DNA of 64,000 nucleotides from Camelus dromedarius. Lineage: Eukaryota. The notes beneath the pieces were generated by a model. That model was not told where the DNA came from, searched no databases, and saw only the letters and a list, made by a program, of their open reading frames with translations. A program made the translations under genes and the position numbers. Below, piece after piece: positions 1 through 12,783 of this stretch. The stretch spans positions 100,504,001 through 100,568,000 of the forward strand of contig NC_087436.1 of the NCBI RefSeq assembly GCF_036321535.1, read 5' to 3'. Numbering within the stretch: the stretch's first letter is position 1; each line of letters begins with the position of its first letter.

Positions 1-199
1 TTGAGAGTTTATAAAACAATAGAAATAATTAATAACAATATAATTTTATAAATTGGAGGGTGATTAAGTTGTTCCATCATTCCTGAAATATGTGGAGGAA
101 GGATAGAGTTTTATATATTAAATTGTCAGGTTAAAATTACTAGAATAATCATTAAAAGAAAAGGAGAAAAAGGAGAAAAATGGAATAAGAGGAAAAATT

Positions 200-990
200 T
201 TTAATCAATCAAGCACTACCATCTGCCCAAAAAAAGACAAGGAAGGGAAAAACAAAAGAGAAGAGGAGAGTCAAGTGATGAATGATGTCAAATAATAATC
301 CAGAATGGGCACTATTTTGCAAACACCAGATTGACAAAAAATTTAAACTACAATAATAATATGCTATAGAGGATATAAAGCAATGCGATAACTTACTAAT
401 CCCATACACTGTGAGTATCAATTAGGGTAACCACTTTGGGGAATAATTTAGCATTATCTTATAAAACGAAATATATAAATAACTTTTACATAAGCAAGTT
501 ACACCTACATTTATACTTAGAGTAGCTCCTATGTGTATGCACCCCCAATATGTATAAAAATATCCAATCTCACTGTTTGGGTGGAAACAACCTGGAAATC
601 ACCATCATGAGTATAGTGGATAAATAAAGAATGACATCGTTAATCAGTAGAATTCTACACATATGTAAAAATGAATTAATGCTGCATTCAACTACATGGA
701 TGAACATTAGAAACAGCATTGAGAGAAAAAGGCAAATGATTTCATTTCTACAAAGTTCTCCAAAATTAGGTAGACTTTCTACTGATACAGACCTAAGTAG
801 TAAAACTCTAAAAAATAAATTAAAATGATAAGCTCAAAATTCAGTGAATGGTTAAGAAAGAATGAGATATGTATATAAGGTGATTTTAATGTTACTATTT
901 CCTCTTCTGTAAATGGATTATTATATTTTCTTTAATGTTTAGTCCTACTTTATTAATATTTTTGTATCTAATATTGAAGAAAAGTAAAAA
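200..990 (+). mobile_element. Old LINE-1 (L1ME-like) 3' region fragment
   Basis: Decayed L1 3' motifs, e.g. 'accactttggggaataatttagcattatct', 'gtggataaataaa' and 'caactacatggatgaacattagaaacagcattgag'. Confidence 0.6.
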
Positions 991-2329
991 TTCACGTATA
1001 AAACAGAAGTTAGATGTGAGGTTGATGATCTTGGGGAAAAGTTGTCTCTACTAGAAGAATCTGGGCCGCTGTTTATCCAACTTCCCCCCAGAACACTGTA
1101 AACATTTTAATATTAATCCAATCCTTTAGCCTGTGGCTTACCAGTGTTCCTTTCTCTTTTTGGTCATTATGTCTTTTATCCACTTAATTACCTACGTGTA
1201 TATACTGATAGTGACAAATGTTCTAAGAACTCCAAGGGACATATTGGAATTTTAGTTTTTAAAATATATTGACAAAAAAATGATAATTTTTTCCACATAC
1301 GATGCCAAAAGTGTAGTCACATCATAATTTTTGTGTGGTTTTTTCTTCACATTGATTGTTGATGTCTAGATTTTCTCTATAAAGTTTTGATCTGGTTCTG
1401 GTTATGGAATTAAAACCCAAAATGATCTACTGACTCTTAGTTTATTTGCAGAAGCATTTTTCTCACCTTATAAATTTTGAGTTGGAGGATCAAAACTCCA
1501 CATGTGCTAAAATGTGCTCTAAACCTTAAAGTGCTCTGCATTTAGTGATTTTCTCTCTCTTTTTTTTTTAATGTAAGCTGTGGCTTTTCAATACATCCCA
1601 CATCTTTCAACTTTTATCTTGAAAAATGAAAGATTAGCATTTTATACTGTATCATCCAGTGGGTAGCTATTTTCATTTCTCTTTATTCTCTCTGACAGGC
1701 AAGAAACTATGTAAGGATTTCACAATAGACCTTTTAGTTTCTATGCTATCATTTTGGGCATGTAAATAATTTGAAAGAAGACTACAGCACATCCAAACTG
1801 TACCCTTAGGTCAGTGTGGAGCACGTATAAAATGGTTAATATCTGAATGTAGATATTTTTAAAGCCAGACACACTTTTTTGTGGGTTGACCTTTAGTCTA
1901 AACTAAAGGTTAGTTAAAAATAAAACATTCAAATAGAATATTATCTATACACTCCGGATGTCAATGTTTTGTTGGCAGAGTTATTCCTCTTCATGTCCTG
2001 ATTATTTTCTAAACTCTACAAGTAAGTGTTAAATCTTGTTTTTGTATCTTACAAAAGCCCTCTGCACCCACAAGCAGTTTCAAATCCATTTGGTGAAGAT
2101 TCTATGGAAGACATTCAAGTATTATGTAGAAGTATATTCAAGTGATCAATTGGGCTCCATCAGAGAATATTAAAGAAGACAGTTCTGCTTACAGTTAGGT
2201 GGTACAATTAAGAGTGATTGATTTATACAACATTGTAAATTAACTATGCTTCAATAAAAAATAACAAAAAAAGGTTCATATTAAGCTGAATTTATTCCAA
2301 TTTTTGAAACACTGAGGCTATCCACATGA

Positions 2330-3200
2330 CAGGAAACCACCGAAGTCTCAAGTTCAAGTCCAAGAATTTTGCTGCCATTAAGAGCACAGTTCAACCTGAC
2401 AAACACTTGAGGAAGATCAACAATGAAATGGAGGAAAAAAACATATTCAACAAATGGAAGAACTTACATTCAAAGAAAAATACTTACGATAATAATCTGG
2501 ACAAGTTTTTCAAACAAAGATTCAGAAAGACAAAGGAAGGAATTATCTTGAATCAATAAATGCATATTAGAAATAAAAACTTAGAAGTATGACAAAATAA
2601 AAAGGAACAATATGATGAGCTATAGAGTTATTGAAAATAAAATATAACTTCTGAAATAATTTAAAAATATGAGGCAAGTTAGCTGAATGAACACCATTAA
2701 TGAGAAAGTTGATAACTAATGATCAAGCTGAGGAATTCTCCCAGAATACAGTGCAGATATATCTACAGATGAAATTAAGTGATGTCCAATAAGCCAGAGC
2801 AGCAACAGCTATCTGATAAGACTTTCAGAAGAAAAGTGCAAAATATATGGGAAGAAATATACATAGTTAAGAATTTTCTAGAACTGAAAAAGTGAAGATT
2901 TTTCCCTACAAGAAAACTCAATAAATTTTGAATAGGAAATTGAGCAGAAGGAAAAAAGGAAAAATAAAAAACATATACATTGACACACTGTAGTAAATCT
3001 CATAAACATTGAGACTAATGATAAAATTCTAATACCTATCAGAGTTAAAGACAAACCACCAACAATGGAATGAAAATGAGACTACTTGTGTCATATTTTT
3101 ATCAGAAATATTTGATACTGGAGAAGCGAGAAAATATTCTCTAAGTGTTACATAAAAACAAAATACATTTCAATTCTAAATGTTAAATAGTAAATTGAAT
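2330..3200 (+). mobile_element. Old LINE-1 ORF1/5' region fragment (L1M/HAL1-like), non-coding remnant
   Basis: A-rich strand with decayed ORF1-like motifs ('aagctgaggaattctcccagaatacag', 'gaattttctagaactgaa') and many stops. Confidence 0.5.
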
Positions 3201-4329
3201 TTATGAATTATATATGTATGAACTTACAGCTGATATAAATACATATTGATGGATGCCAGTGAGATGGAAAATTATTCAAAGTCTGTTGATTTCTAATATG
3301 ATTAATTCCAAATTACTTTTAAGAAGTTGAAATTTGTATATTAAAGATACAAGCAACTTCTAGAAAGAATAGATATGGAATCTGAAATTTTCAAATCAAC
3401 CAAAGGAATAGGAGAAGGGAAAAAAAGAAAACATGGTAAACATACTTTTTTTATGGCGAGTGACCAATAATAGAATTATTTATTCAGGAAGGTATGAGGA
3501 CCAGTGTTCTTTGGTACCTTAAAACAATCCTAATCACAAGCAGAGAATAATTCTATTTAAAAAAATCAGAGACTTAGACTTGATTAACAGTGATTCAAGG
3601 TTATGAAGAACATGCTTCACTTTGTTATTTTACTGATTCAAAATGGAAGAGAAATTCTACATTCCATTAAATGCTTAACAAGATCACCCTTTTTTCACTT
3701 GACAAATTAAAAACGAAAAAGCCAAAAACAACCTTGAAAATGGCCATTACTCTCCACAGTAGAAGAACTACACTTTTTAAAAATAAAATATTTAGAACTG
3801 AGTAGCTGAAGCCAGAAATTTTTTAAAACGCTCTTTATTTGTAAGCTAGAATTAAGGTTATTAAACACACAAACACACACACATGCAAACTGCCGGTTTG
3901 CTGGCTTGCTTTATTAAAAGAATATTGCCCATCATTTGTGTGTGCCTAAAATTCCAAGGTACAGATTTTCAGTATGAAAAATGAGAATCACCTCAGTCTG
4001 GGTAAACTCAACACATTGAACTACGTTTCTCAGAATCCCGAGAACTTCACAAGAATAACATGATCGGTTTTAAAACCTGCACTACTTCACTCAGTCTGAA
4101 ATACTGCTTTGAAGTTGGTATTTCTTATTCTGCTTATGATTAAACTGACTGGGCTCCTGCAAAGCCGTTTTAATCTTATTGTTTCTATTTGGAGTGACAC
4201 AATCGTTAGTCCTTTTCTGATTATCATTTTCTGTGATGTTATGTAAAAAGTGTACTCTAAATTGTAAAGTTTCATATATCAAATCTGGTGGGATACAATT
4301 ATTTTGGGATGTAATTCCTTTTATTCATG

Positions 4330-5320
4330 CAAACACAGTATTTAACAACTTTCAGATATTTCACGTACTATGCAACTTACCCACTTAATTTGTACTTTTC
4401 AGTGATTTTAGTTCATTCACAGAGTTGTGCATCCATGACCATAATCAATTTAGAGCATTATCTTTACCCTCTAAAAACTCCTAGCTATTTCTCCACAACC
4501 CCTCATCTTCCCCAGCCCTAGGCAACCCATTAACCTACTTTCTGTCTCTATATATGGATTCTTCTATTTTGGACCTTTCATGTAAGTGGAATTATACAAT
4601 ATGCAGTTCTTTGTGACTGGATTTTTTTCACTAAGAACAATATTTTCAGGATTCATCCATGTTGTAGCATATATCAGTACTTCATTTCTTTTATCTTTTT
4701 TCTTTCTTTTGCCAAACACTATTCTATTATATGGGCATACCACATCTTATGCATTCTTTCATTGTCTGACAGACACTTGGTTTCTTTCCACTTTTTGGCT
4801 AGTCTGAATAAGAATGCTGTGAGTATCATAATGCATGTGGAAGTTTTTGCCAGAACATGTTTTCATTTCTCTTGGGTCTATATGTCTAGCAGGCAGGCTT
4901 CCATAGCTCAGTGGTCAGAGCACTGGTCTTGTATGTGTCTAGCAGTGGAATTCCTGGTTGTATAGTTTAATCATTTGAGGAACTGCCAGAATGTCTTCCA
5001 ACATAGCTGCACCATTTTACATTCCTACCAGTAGTGTGTGAGAGATTCCATTTCTCCACATCCTGGCCAGCACATGCAATCATCAACCTTTTCTGCTGTA
5101 GCTGTCGCAGTGGGTATAAAGTACTGTCACATTCAGCTTTGATTGGCATTTCCCTGAAGGCTAATGATACTAAGCATCTCTTCACATGCTTTTTAGACAT
5201 TTGTGTATCTTATTTAAAGAAGTGTCTATTTAGATACTTTGCTTATTTTTAACTGAGTTATTTCTTTTTTAATTATTGAGTTTTAATATGTCTTTATATG
5301 TGCTAGATATAGGCATACAC
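4330..5320 (-). mobile_element. LINE-1 (L1MB/L1MC-like) 3' end and ORF2 C-terminal remnant
   Basis: Antisense L1 3'UTR motifs 'cagccctaggcaacc', 'ggattcatccatgttgtagcatatatcagtacttcatt' and 'catttccctgaaggctaatgat'. ORF 4967..5200(-) resembles a decayed ORF2 C-terminus (KHVKRCLVSLAFREMPIK). Confidence 0.85.
4896..4933 (+). pseudogene. 5' half of tRNA-Thr(UGU), tail-less retropseudogene
   Basis: ggcttccatagctcagtggtcagagcactggtcttgta matches the recalled 5' half of mammalian tRNA-Thr-TGT (GGCTCCATAGCTCAGTGGTTAGAGCACTGGTCTTGTA) with one extra T and one substitution. It ends in the anticodon loop. It is flanked by tatatgtctagcag (4879-4892) and tatgtgtctagcag (4932-4945). Confidence 0.85.
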
Positions 5321-7592
5321 ACACTTTTAATGCTATCCTCAAATTCTCAAGTCTTAAGAATTAATTTAAAATTGAACTTCAGATAGGAAAGTTCTCTCCT
5401 TTTGTGACAACATGGCACAAATTTCTGTAATCTGCATTCTGACCCGCACACATTTCCATCAATACATCTTGACTGATTAATCTTTTCCAGAATATGTAAT
5501 GAAATTGTTACTTTTATCATTTGTTCTATTATCAACAATTGCTTCTCTTTCCATTTTTCATATATGGCTGTTTCTATTAATCAGGAATGCTTTTTATTTA
5601 GAGGTTCTAACAGAGCCAATATTTCATAATACACTTATAAAGTGTGGTCACTTCAAAAGCTGAACACCAATAATTTTTAATAATCTGTCTTAATTGTAAT
5701 TCTTCATCATTTAAATTAACCAATAGTATTTCTTAACAGAATGCACTGAGTTATATAAAGTGTTATAAATTTAGAAACGTCTTTCTTTTTTATTTTAATT
5801 CAGAGTAGTACTCTTTAACCATTTTTGTTATCTTTTCACTTTATTAGTGTTGTTACTCCTTGGGACTTTTTATACTGCTTACCTACTTGCCTATTTCAGC
5901 TTTGTAATCTCTCTCACCTCTTTCTGTTAATTTTGTAATTTCAAACTTGATTGTTTCCAACAAACTGAGATGTCCTTTTTCTAACTTATTAAGCATTCTG
6001 GTCACCTGTTAACCAGCTCAGGCCTCCATCTTCACAAATATCACGTTTATCAGTCTCCTAGTATCTTAATTGATCCAAATTAAAGTGAGATGTACACTCT
6101 ACATTTCCAATGACTGTGCCTAAGTCCTTCCAGAGAATCAGTCCATGCCTCCCCTATAAATTGTAATTCTTTCTTTGTACAGTTGAATCCTCTGAGAGCC
6201 ATCATTTTACATGTGTAAGTTTCACAAATTTCACACCTCAGAAGCTAACCTTTTCGGAAGTGTGAATCCCACTATTATCTGAATTGTTTTAGATCTAAAA
6301 GTACCTTTAGTTTCTAAAAAATTTGAAACGGAAATATATGCATTTTTATAATAAACACATTATAAGTGAGATTTATTAAGCACTTATTTTGTAGTCTGAA
6401 CTGTGTCTAATTGCCACGAGACACAAAAGTTTTGATAGCTCAAAAGCCAGTGCTGGGGCAAAAAATTAGAAAGTCAGACCCTTAAGAAAGAACTACCTGG
6501 GTCCCAAGAATAGTTAAGACGTCTCTATTCTAAGCCATCATACTATTTAGTCTTTGTAATTTATGTTTCTAAATTATGGCTTATAAATTTTATATATTTT
6601 GAATTTTCATGTATTTTTGAATGTTTAAACATATATGTTTTCATATATCTTGAATTTGTATACATACTATGTCACATACAAAATATATATATTCAATAGA
6701 ATATGTGACTTGCAGAAACCATGTTTGGTTTGCTGTTATATATATCAGGAATTTAGATTATGATAAATAGATCCTCAGAAATGCCTAATGGATCATCAAA
6801 CAGGAGAAAGGAATCAATGGAGGCTTGAAGAGTCAATATATTTTGCAGAGATGGTGAGGCTAGAACAAACTTAGAATTATGTTGAAATTTAAAGTGTCGA
6901 AAAAAAGTGGAGGTAAAAGGAGTTCAGAGTGAGTAACAAATTAAATAAAAGAAAGCATGAAATTCTATGGCAATCTCATGAGATGTTGGGAAAGTTGGCA
7001 AGACTACACAGTGATGGTTGTGTGTGGGAAACTAAAATATATTACATGAAATCAAACTTCTAAAAGTTTTAAAATCAGATGAATTAGCCTCCTGTGGTAG
7101 GATAAGGAAGTCACTGAAGATTTTTACCCTGGGGAGCAAAACAATGAAAGCAGTAGTTTAAAGAAATATTACTTACAACATTTCTGTGAGTTTTCTATCC
7201 TGAAGATACGTGCAGAGTGAATTGGAAGATTTTTGAATCTGGGAGTAACTCAAACCTAAATGCTGTTCTCAGAGGTAGAAGTTTCACTTAGCCTAGATTT
7301 TTGGGGGAAAAAATATATATAACACCCCAAACTATTCATTATTTCACACTTGTCCTTACTTATATCTTGTGGTTTTATTTTATCTGAGGAATAAAAGAAT
7401 ACACATCTTTTTTTTTGGATCAGTAACATATAAATAAATGAAAGCTATAAATAAATGGAAATGGAATGAACTATTGTTGCTCACTAGAAAAGTACTGCCA
7501 CATCCAAACATGAGTCCATAAAACCCTGGACAATGTTAGTGACAACAGGACTCTACAAGAACATATGAGAAACATTTCAAAAGATAAACCAT

Positions 7593-8201
7593 TGTGGGTT
7601 CTGGCCAGCAGAAGTCCCACCGAGACGGAATGAATTACTCAAGACTCTGTGGAAAAAGTCAAGAGAGCGAGAGGGAGTCGGGAGTCAACTCAATGAGCCT
7701 CTCAAATCTCTCATATTTATTGAGTACAGTCAAAGGAGGAATGCAGGAATTTAGGGAAGGACAGAGTGGGATCACAATGAGTACAAACGCTTTGTTTATT
7801 GTTGGTGTTTGGCTCAAGGTCAGAAGACCCTTTTGGTGAATCATGTTCCTGTTGAGCCTTTCAGCTTATCAGGGTGGAACGCATGAGAATCAGCTGCATA
7901 GCAACATTTTTTCTTGGACTCAGGCGGCTGTGCCTGTGTCTTAGGTTGCCCCTCTCTGGAGATCCTACCCATCATTGGCTAACCAGCCTCCTCACCTCTG
8001 AGTCTGCAGCTTTTTATAAGTTGTTTACCACTCCAGCCCAAGGCGGTTTTGGGAATAGAAGACTAACAGCAGGCACGCCCAGCGTTTATAGCTGGGGGCC
8101 TGGGTCATTGCTAAAACCTCAAGGCAGTTACTAAGCACATTTTCAAGGAGGTAAGTGGCTGGGATTGTTACAATTTGTTAACCCAGTCATGGGCTCCCAC
8201 A
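7593..8201 (-). mobile_element. Solo LTR of an endogenous retrovirus, probably class II (ERVK/betaretrovirus-like)
   Basis: Termini TGTGGG...CCCACA (6-bp inverted repeat). Perfect 6-bp TSD aaccat at 7587-7592 and 8202-8207. Minus-strand TATAAAAA at 8018-8011 and AATAAA at 7800-7795 and 7721-7716. GC and CpG are higher than in the flanks. Confidence 0.85.
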
Positions 8202-8459
8202 AACCATAAATATTGAGTGAGAAGAAGAATATTCATTGGATATAATTGGGTTTTAGGACTCTGTGTGACCATGAAATGCACAGAAGAACATATCCAGGAA
8301 GCAATTTCAAGTGATCAGCGAAGGGTTCCAATGAGAGACTTGGGAATCATCAGCAGAGGGAAAAAGGGGCTGTGTGGAACCATTGAAATAGATCAGGTCT
8401 CCAAAAAAGAAGAGGCATGTAGCAGAAAGAGCAGAGGGTAATGATGTATTATTAGTTTA

Positions 8460-8575
8460 TTACTTCATATAATGCCCATAGTAACTATGCTGGAGTAAGT
8501 GGTACATATTTCATTTTACAATTAAGAAAATTAGAGAATGTTAATGGTATGTCTAAGGTAACAGTTAATAATACT
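8460..8575 (-). mobile_element. MIR SINE fragment
   Basis: 'catttta caattaagaaaattagagaatgttaatggtatgtctaaggtaacag' resembles the MIR core in reverse. Confidence 0.55.
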
Positions 8576-8599
8576 AACATGATGAGGGTGCACTGAAAG

Positions 8600-9000
8600 A
8601 GATCCCCCCAGACAGGACCGGTGGGATTGTAAACTCCATAAACTTTCTGTTGGAAATGTGGCAATATGTTTCAAAAGTCTTTTAAATATTCATATATTTT
8701 TATACAATAAGAATATTCCTGTTAATTTTCCCAAGGAATTAAACATTCACACACATATATTTATGTGTACCAACATTCGCTGCAGCATTATTAATAAGAG
8801 TGAATATTAAAAGCAGTATATATGTCCAACAGCAAGACAGTATTTATGCATGTTATCTCACATCTATGTAACAGAGTACTCTGTAGCCTTTCTAATCACA
8901 TTTTAATGAATATGATTACAGGGAAATGCTGGAAATATATAAAATGAGAAAGGCAGGATAAAGAGAAAATAAACCATTTAGTCAAAGTGCTATTTCAGAA
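8600..9000 (+). mobile_element. L1ME-like 3' fragment
   Basis: 'aactttctgttggaaatgtggcaatatg', 'cattcgctgcagcattatt' and 'tatgtccaacagcaag'. Confidence 0.55.
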
Positions 9001-10919
9001 AGAGTAAAAAGGTTACAGGCTACTTGTTTTTAATTTAAAAAGAAAATAACTTTATTATATTTCATGAAAAACATTTTTATTAATAAAAGATTGCTTTATT
9101 ACATAGATAAATATCAATAAGAAAATGACACTACTTTCTACCTACTTTGTAAGAGTAATACATGGAAATGTTTTAGTCACTATGAAAAAGCTGTTTTCTA
9201 ACTGTATAATGTGTCAGTGTTTGAGTTCACAAATTTCATTCATCAGTCTATGGAATAGCCATCTCGAAGGTACAGATGCAGAAACAAAGGATCAGAAAGA
9301 TGAAATCTCTTGCCCAAATCACACAAGGATTTAGCTATAGATTTGCTAGCTCCAGAATTATCATTCTTCTTTAAATTTTAGGTATTGTAGAATCCATTAT
9401 TTTTAAACAATATTTTTTGTGTGTAAATAGTAATATTTTAATTTTGTGTAAATAGTTCTTATTCTGTAATAATGGAAGTATTATATGCAATATACCTAAC
9501 TTCATCAAAAATTTCCTAGATAACAATAGAATATCTTTATCTACTATTATGCAAAACTTCTCCCTTTAAGTATCACAATAAAATCAAGTCTAAGTTTTAT
9601 TCCAGTTCTTAAGTTTTGTTAGTCTTCTGAATTACTGGAGACTTCACTGTAACAGGTTTTATTTCCTATACCATGTTCAAGTCCTTGAATTCTTTATTTT
9701 ATTTTATTTTATGTTTTTTTTTTAATTCATAGCATATTTTCAAAGCATATGAGCGATTCTAGGATTTTGTCTGCATTTCCACTTTGGTGAAACATAAGAG
9801 TTTCCATTTATTCTGTTAATTGAGCTACACATTATGAAAAGTTAAACATCTGTGTTGAGAGTCATCCAGAAGTTTTTAACAGATATTCACTATAAGAATC
9901 ATGCTTTTGCCAGACCTACAAACATGGCCTTTTAGACATGATTTTTCCAGGATCTGATAAGAAAGACTTAAAAATGTCTGCAGCCTTAAGTTGCATTACC
10001 TGGTTTGTGATGGTCCTCTCCAAGCCCATACTTCTTCTAAAGCTGCACTATGCTGTGAGTCTTTGAAAACACTTAAAGTAACGTTGGGTTTTAGTAATTT
10101 AAATTAAAACACGCATGTGGTGATAGCAATGCAAACAGTCCAGTGCAGCTGATGGTTGAGTACATAGAAATGGGCTTCATATGACTAAGTTTGCCCATGT
10201 CCAGGTAATAACTATTAACAGTACTCTGTAACTTACTTCTCTGGGTAACAACTGATGAATTGTTTTAACCAGATCATGATAAAAATTCTAATTTTATAAA
10301 TCTAATATATTAAAAGGAGAAGGTGCTTTGGGATCTGGCATATATAATAGTTTATTTAATGCTATGTTTATTACATATGGTTGACTATATATATTATGCT
10401 ATGTTTAGAGATGTTGTGATGAGGGAAGCCATCCCCTTCCTTCCCACCATTCAGCCTTTACTCCACGCTGAGTCTGCGTTCCCTGTGGTTGAAAGATTTG
10501 CTTTTGGCTAATGCTGGTGAGGGAGAGCAAGCTGTACAAGCAGGAGCATCTCCACTAATGCCAATTTCACAAATGTACTTCAATGCCAGCCATTCTGCCA
10601 ATCCAGCCATGTTTTCTTAAGCTCTGAGGTTGCTCTTAATGCCAGGGTACCCTGGACTACTATCCTGTTGGCTCCAACCCGGCATGGACAAGCATCACCT
10701 CTCGTGCTATGAGGCCCTTTCACTGATAAACATCTGCTTGGGCAGTAGTCTAGCCCTGCCACAGACCATGTGCCTGGGCACAAATATATAGCTCCTTGTG
10801 TATCAAGGTGGGAAAACACATCCACAGTATATGCATGTATTACCCACACTTGTTGCTGTAAGCAAGACCTCTATTCATCAGTTTTGAAAAACCAAACCTA
10901 AGCATGGTTAGGTGGTACC

Positions 10920-11610
10920 TCTCTTTTCTCCACCCTTTATATCCAGTCCATTAGCAGGTTCTTTCCAAAACTAATCCTAAACTAGTCCATTTTTCACTCT
11001 CTCTGTTGCTACAGATGAAATCACCTTCACTTCTTTTCTGGAGTATTAGAATAGCCTTCTGATTTTTTTTTTAGTATTCCTCTTGCTTCTAATTATCTCT
11101 TTTCAGATAACATGGACATTTTAAACATAAATCATCTCCTAAAACTCCCTTTCTCAAAATCCTTCAATGATCTCATTACCTGTCCAGACATACTGTCCTG
11201 GTTAAGTCCAAATATTATACCCTGTTTTATGAAGACTTCCTTGGTCCTGCTTCCATCCATATCTCAAAGTTTAATTCTCTCTGCCTCACTTTCTGGCCTT
11301 TATTGTGACAATCTAGTTTTTGCCTTATGGTCTTTGCTCTGATTTTTCCCTTGACTTTCACAAGGCTGACTATACTGGCTACTTCTATTAGCTCTTAACT
11401 GTCACCTTTTTTGAGGCTTTTTCCCTTACCCATCCAGTCTATAATAGTTCCTAGTCAATCACTATAGTATCACCACTGCATATATTGTTATCTAATATTT
11501 TTGGTACATTTATATGTACTTGTGCATTTTTGGCTCTCTCTTAATTAGAATATGAGGAGTTTTAAAAGGACTTTGTCTGTCTTCTTCACCTTTGTATTTC
11601 CAATCAGAAG
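10920..11610 (+). mobile_element. L2 LINE 3' fragment
   Basis: 'atatccagtccattagcaggttc', 'aatagccttctga' and the 3' end 'ttagaatatgag...ggactttgtctgtcttcttcacctttgtatttcca'. Confidence 0.7.
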
Positions 11611-11643
11611 CCTACATCTTTGAAGCAGTTTAGCTGTGACTTC

Positions 11644-12056
11644 TGTGATAGTTAGGGTCCTCTGGAAAACAGGACTCTAAGAGAAAGAGAGGAGGAAGGA
11701 AGAAAAGAAAAAAGAAAAAAAAAAAAGGAAAGAGATGGGGAGAGGGGAGGGAAGGAGGGAAGAAAGTAGGATGGGTAGAAACATCTTAGTGGCAGTGTAG
11801 TCTTAAGGAACATTCAACAAGGACATTGGGGAGTCCTTGAGCCAAAGTTGCCCACCAGAGGGGTCATAATCAGATGGGTCAGAAATTGCTTTGCCATCAT
11901 ATCTGTCCCATGTTTAATCATCAGCTGAGAGCAGCCAGAGGGAATCACATCCTCACATCAATAAGGGGATGAAATTCGGAGCCCAGTTCCTGGACCACAT
12001 GGTGAATTTTCTCCCTGCAGCTGGAAATCTGAAGTGAATTCTAATGACCACCACAG
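11644..12056 (-). mobile_element. ERVL-class LTR (LTR33/LTR16-like) with an internal purine-rich simple repeat
   Basis: 'tgtgatagttagggtcctctggaaaacaggactctaag' and 'ggggagtccttgagccaaagttgcccaccagagg'. GA-rich tract at ~11680-11770. Confidence 0.55.
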
Positions 12057-12783
12057 AAGGTGAGGCTTTAAAGATTTTCATTCTCTTATTATAGATGGTT
12101 CTACATAATATGTGTGTGTTGGGGGGGATGGGTGTTTGAAGGGGACACGTAATCACTTACAGAAATAGACATATACATACACCTTAATAAAAATATAACT
12201 TTTTACGAAAAACATTCATAAAATACAATGAAATGAATAGAAGCAAATGATTAAAAACATGTTTAAATGGTTGTCTTTGGGTTGGTGGAATTAAGAATGG
12301 TTTTTATTTTCTACTTTCTTCTGTCCTCCATTTTACAAGTTTCCTACAAAAAGTAGTTTATTGTGAACAGGAAAAGAATGAATTTAAAAGAATAAGAAAC
12401 AGTGTGACAAATAAATAAACAAATAAAAGAGATTTTTTTTTTTCATTCACATCCATATCATAAAATCCTGGAACTTTGAGGTTAGACAGGTCCTACAAGG
12501 TTTTAGCCTATATTCAGAGAATATGGAGCTACATTTGTTTAAGTATTGAACATAGGAAGTTCAGTTGAATTTTGTTCATGGAATTTTTTTAAAGTAATTA
12601 TAAATACAAAACAAAAGTAAATATAAAACACTGAGTTCTCCCCTTCCAGAAAGGGGATTAGAATCTGGAGAATAGATTATAAGCATGAATGTTAGTGACA
12701 ATAAATTAAAAGCTAATGTACTTACCTGTTTTTTTTTTTTACAAATATTGTCTTCACTATATTCAGTTACAACTTTTCGTAAT

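Noticed and set aside
1889..1910. 9-bp hairpin acctttagt-ctaa-actaaaggt
   Set aside because: Short AT-rich inverted repeats are expected by chance in 64 kb, and it is too short for a pre-miRNA.
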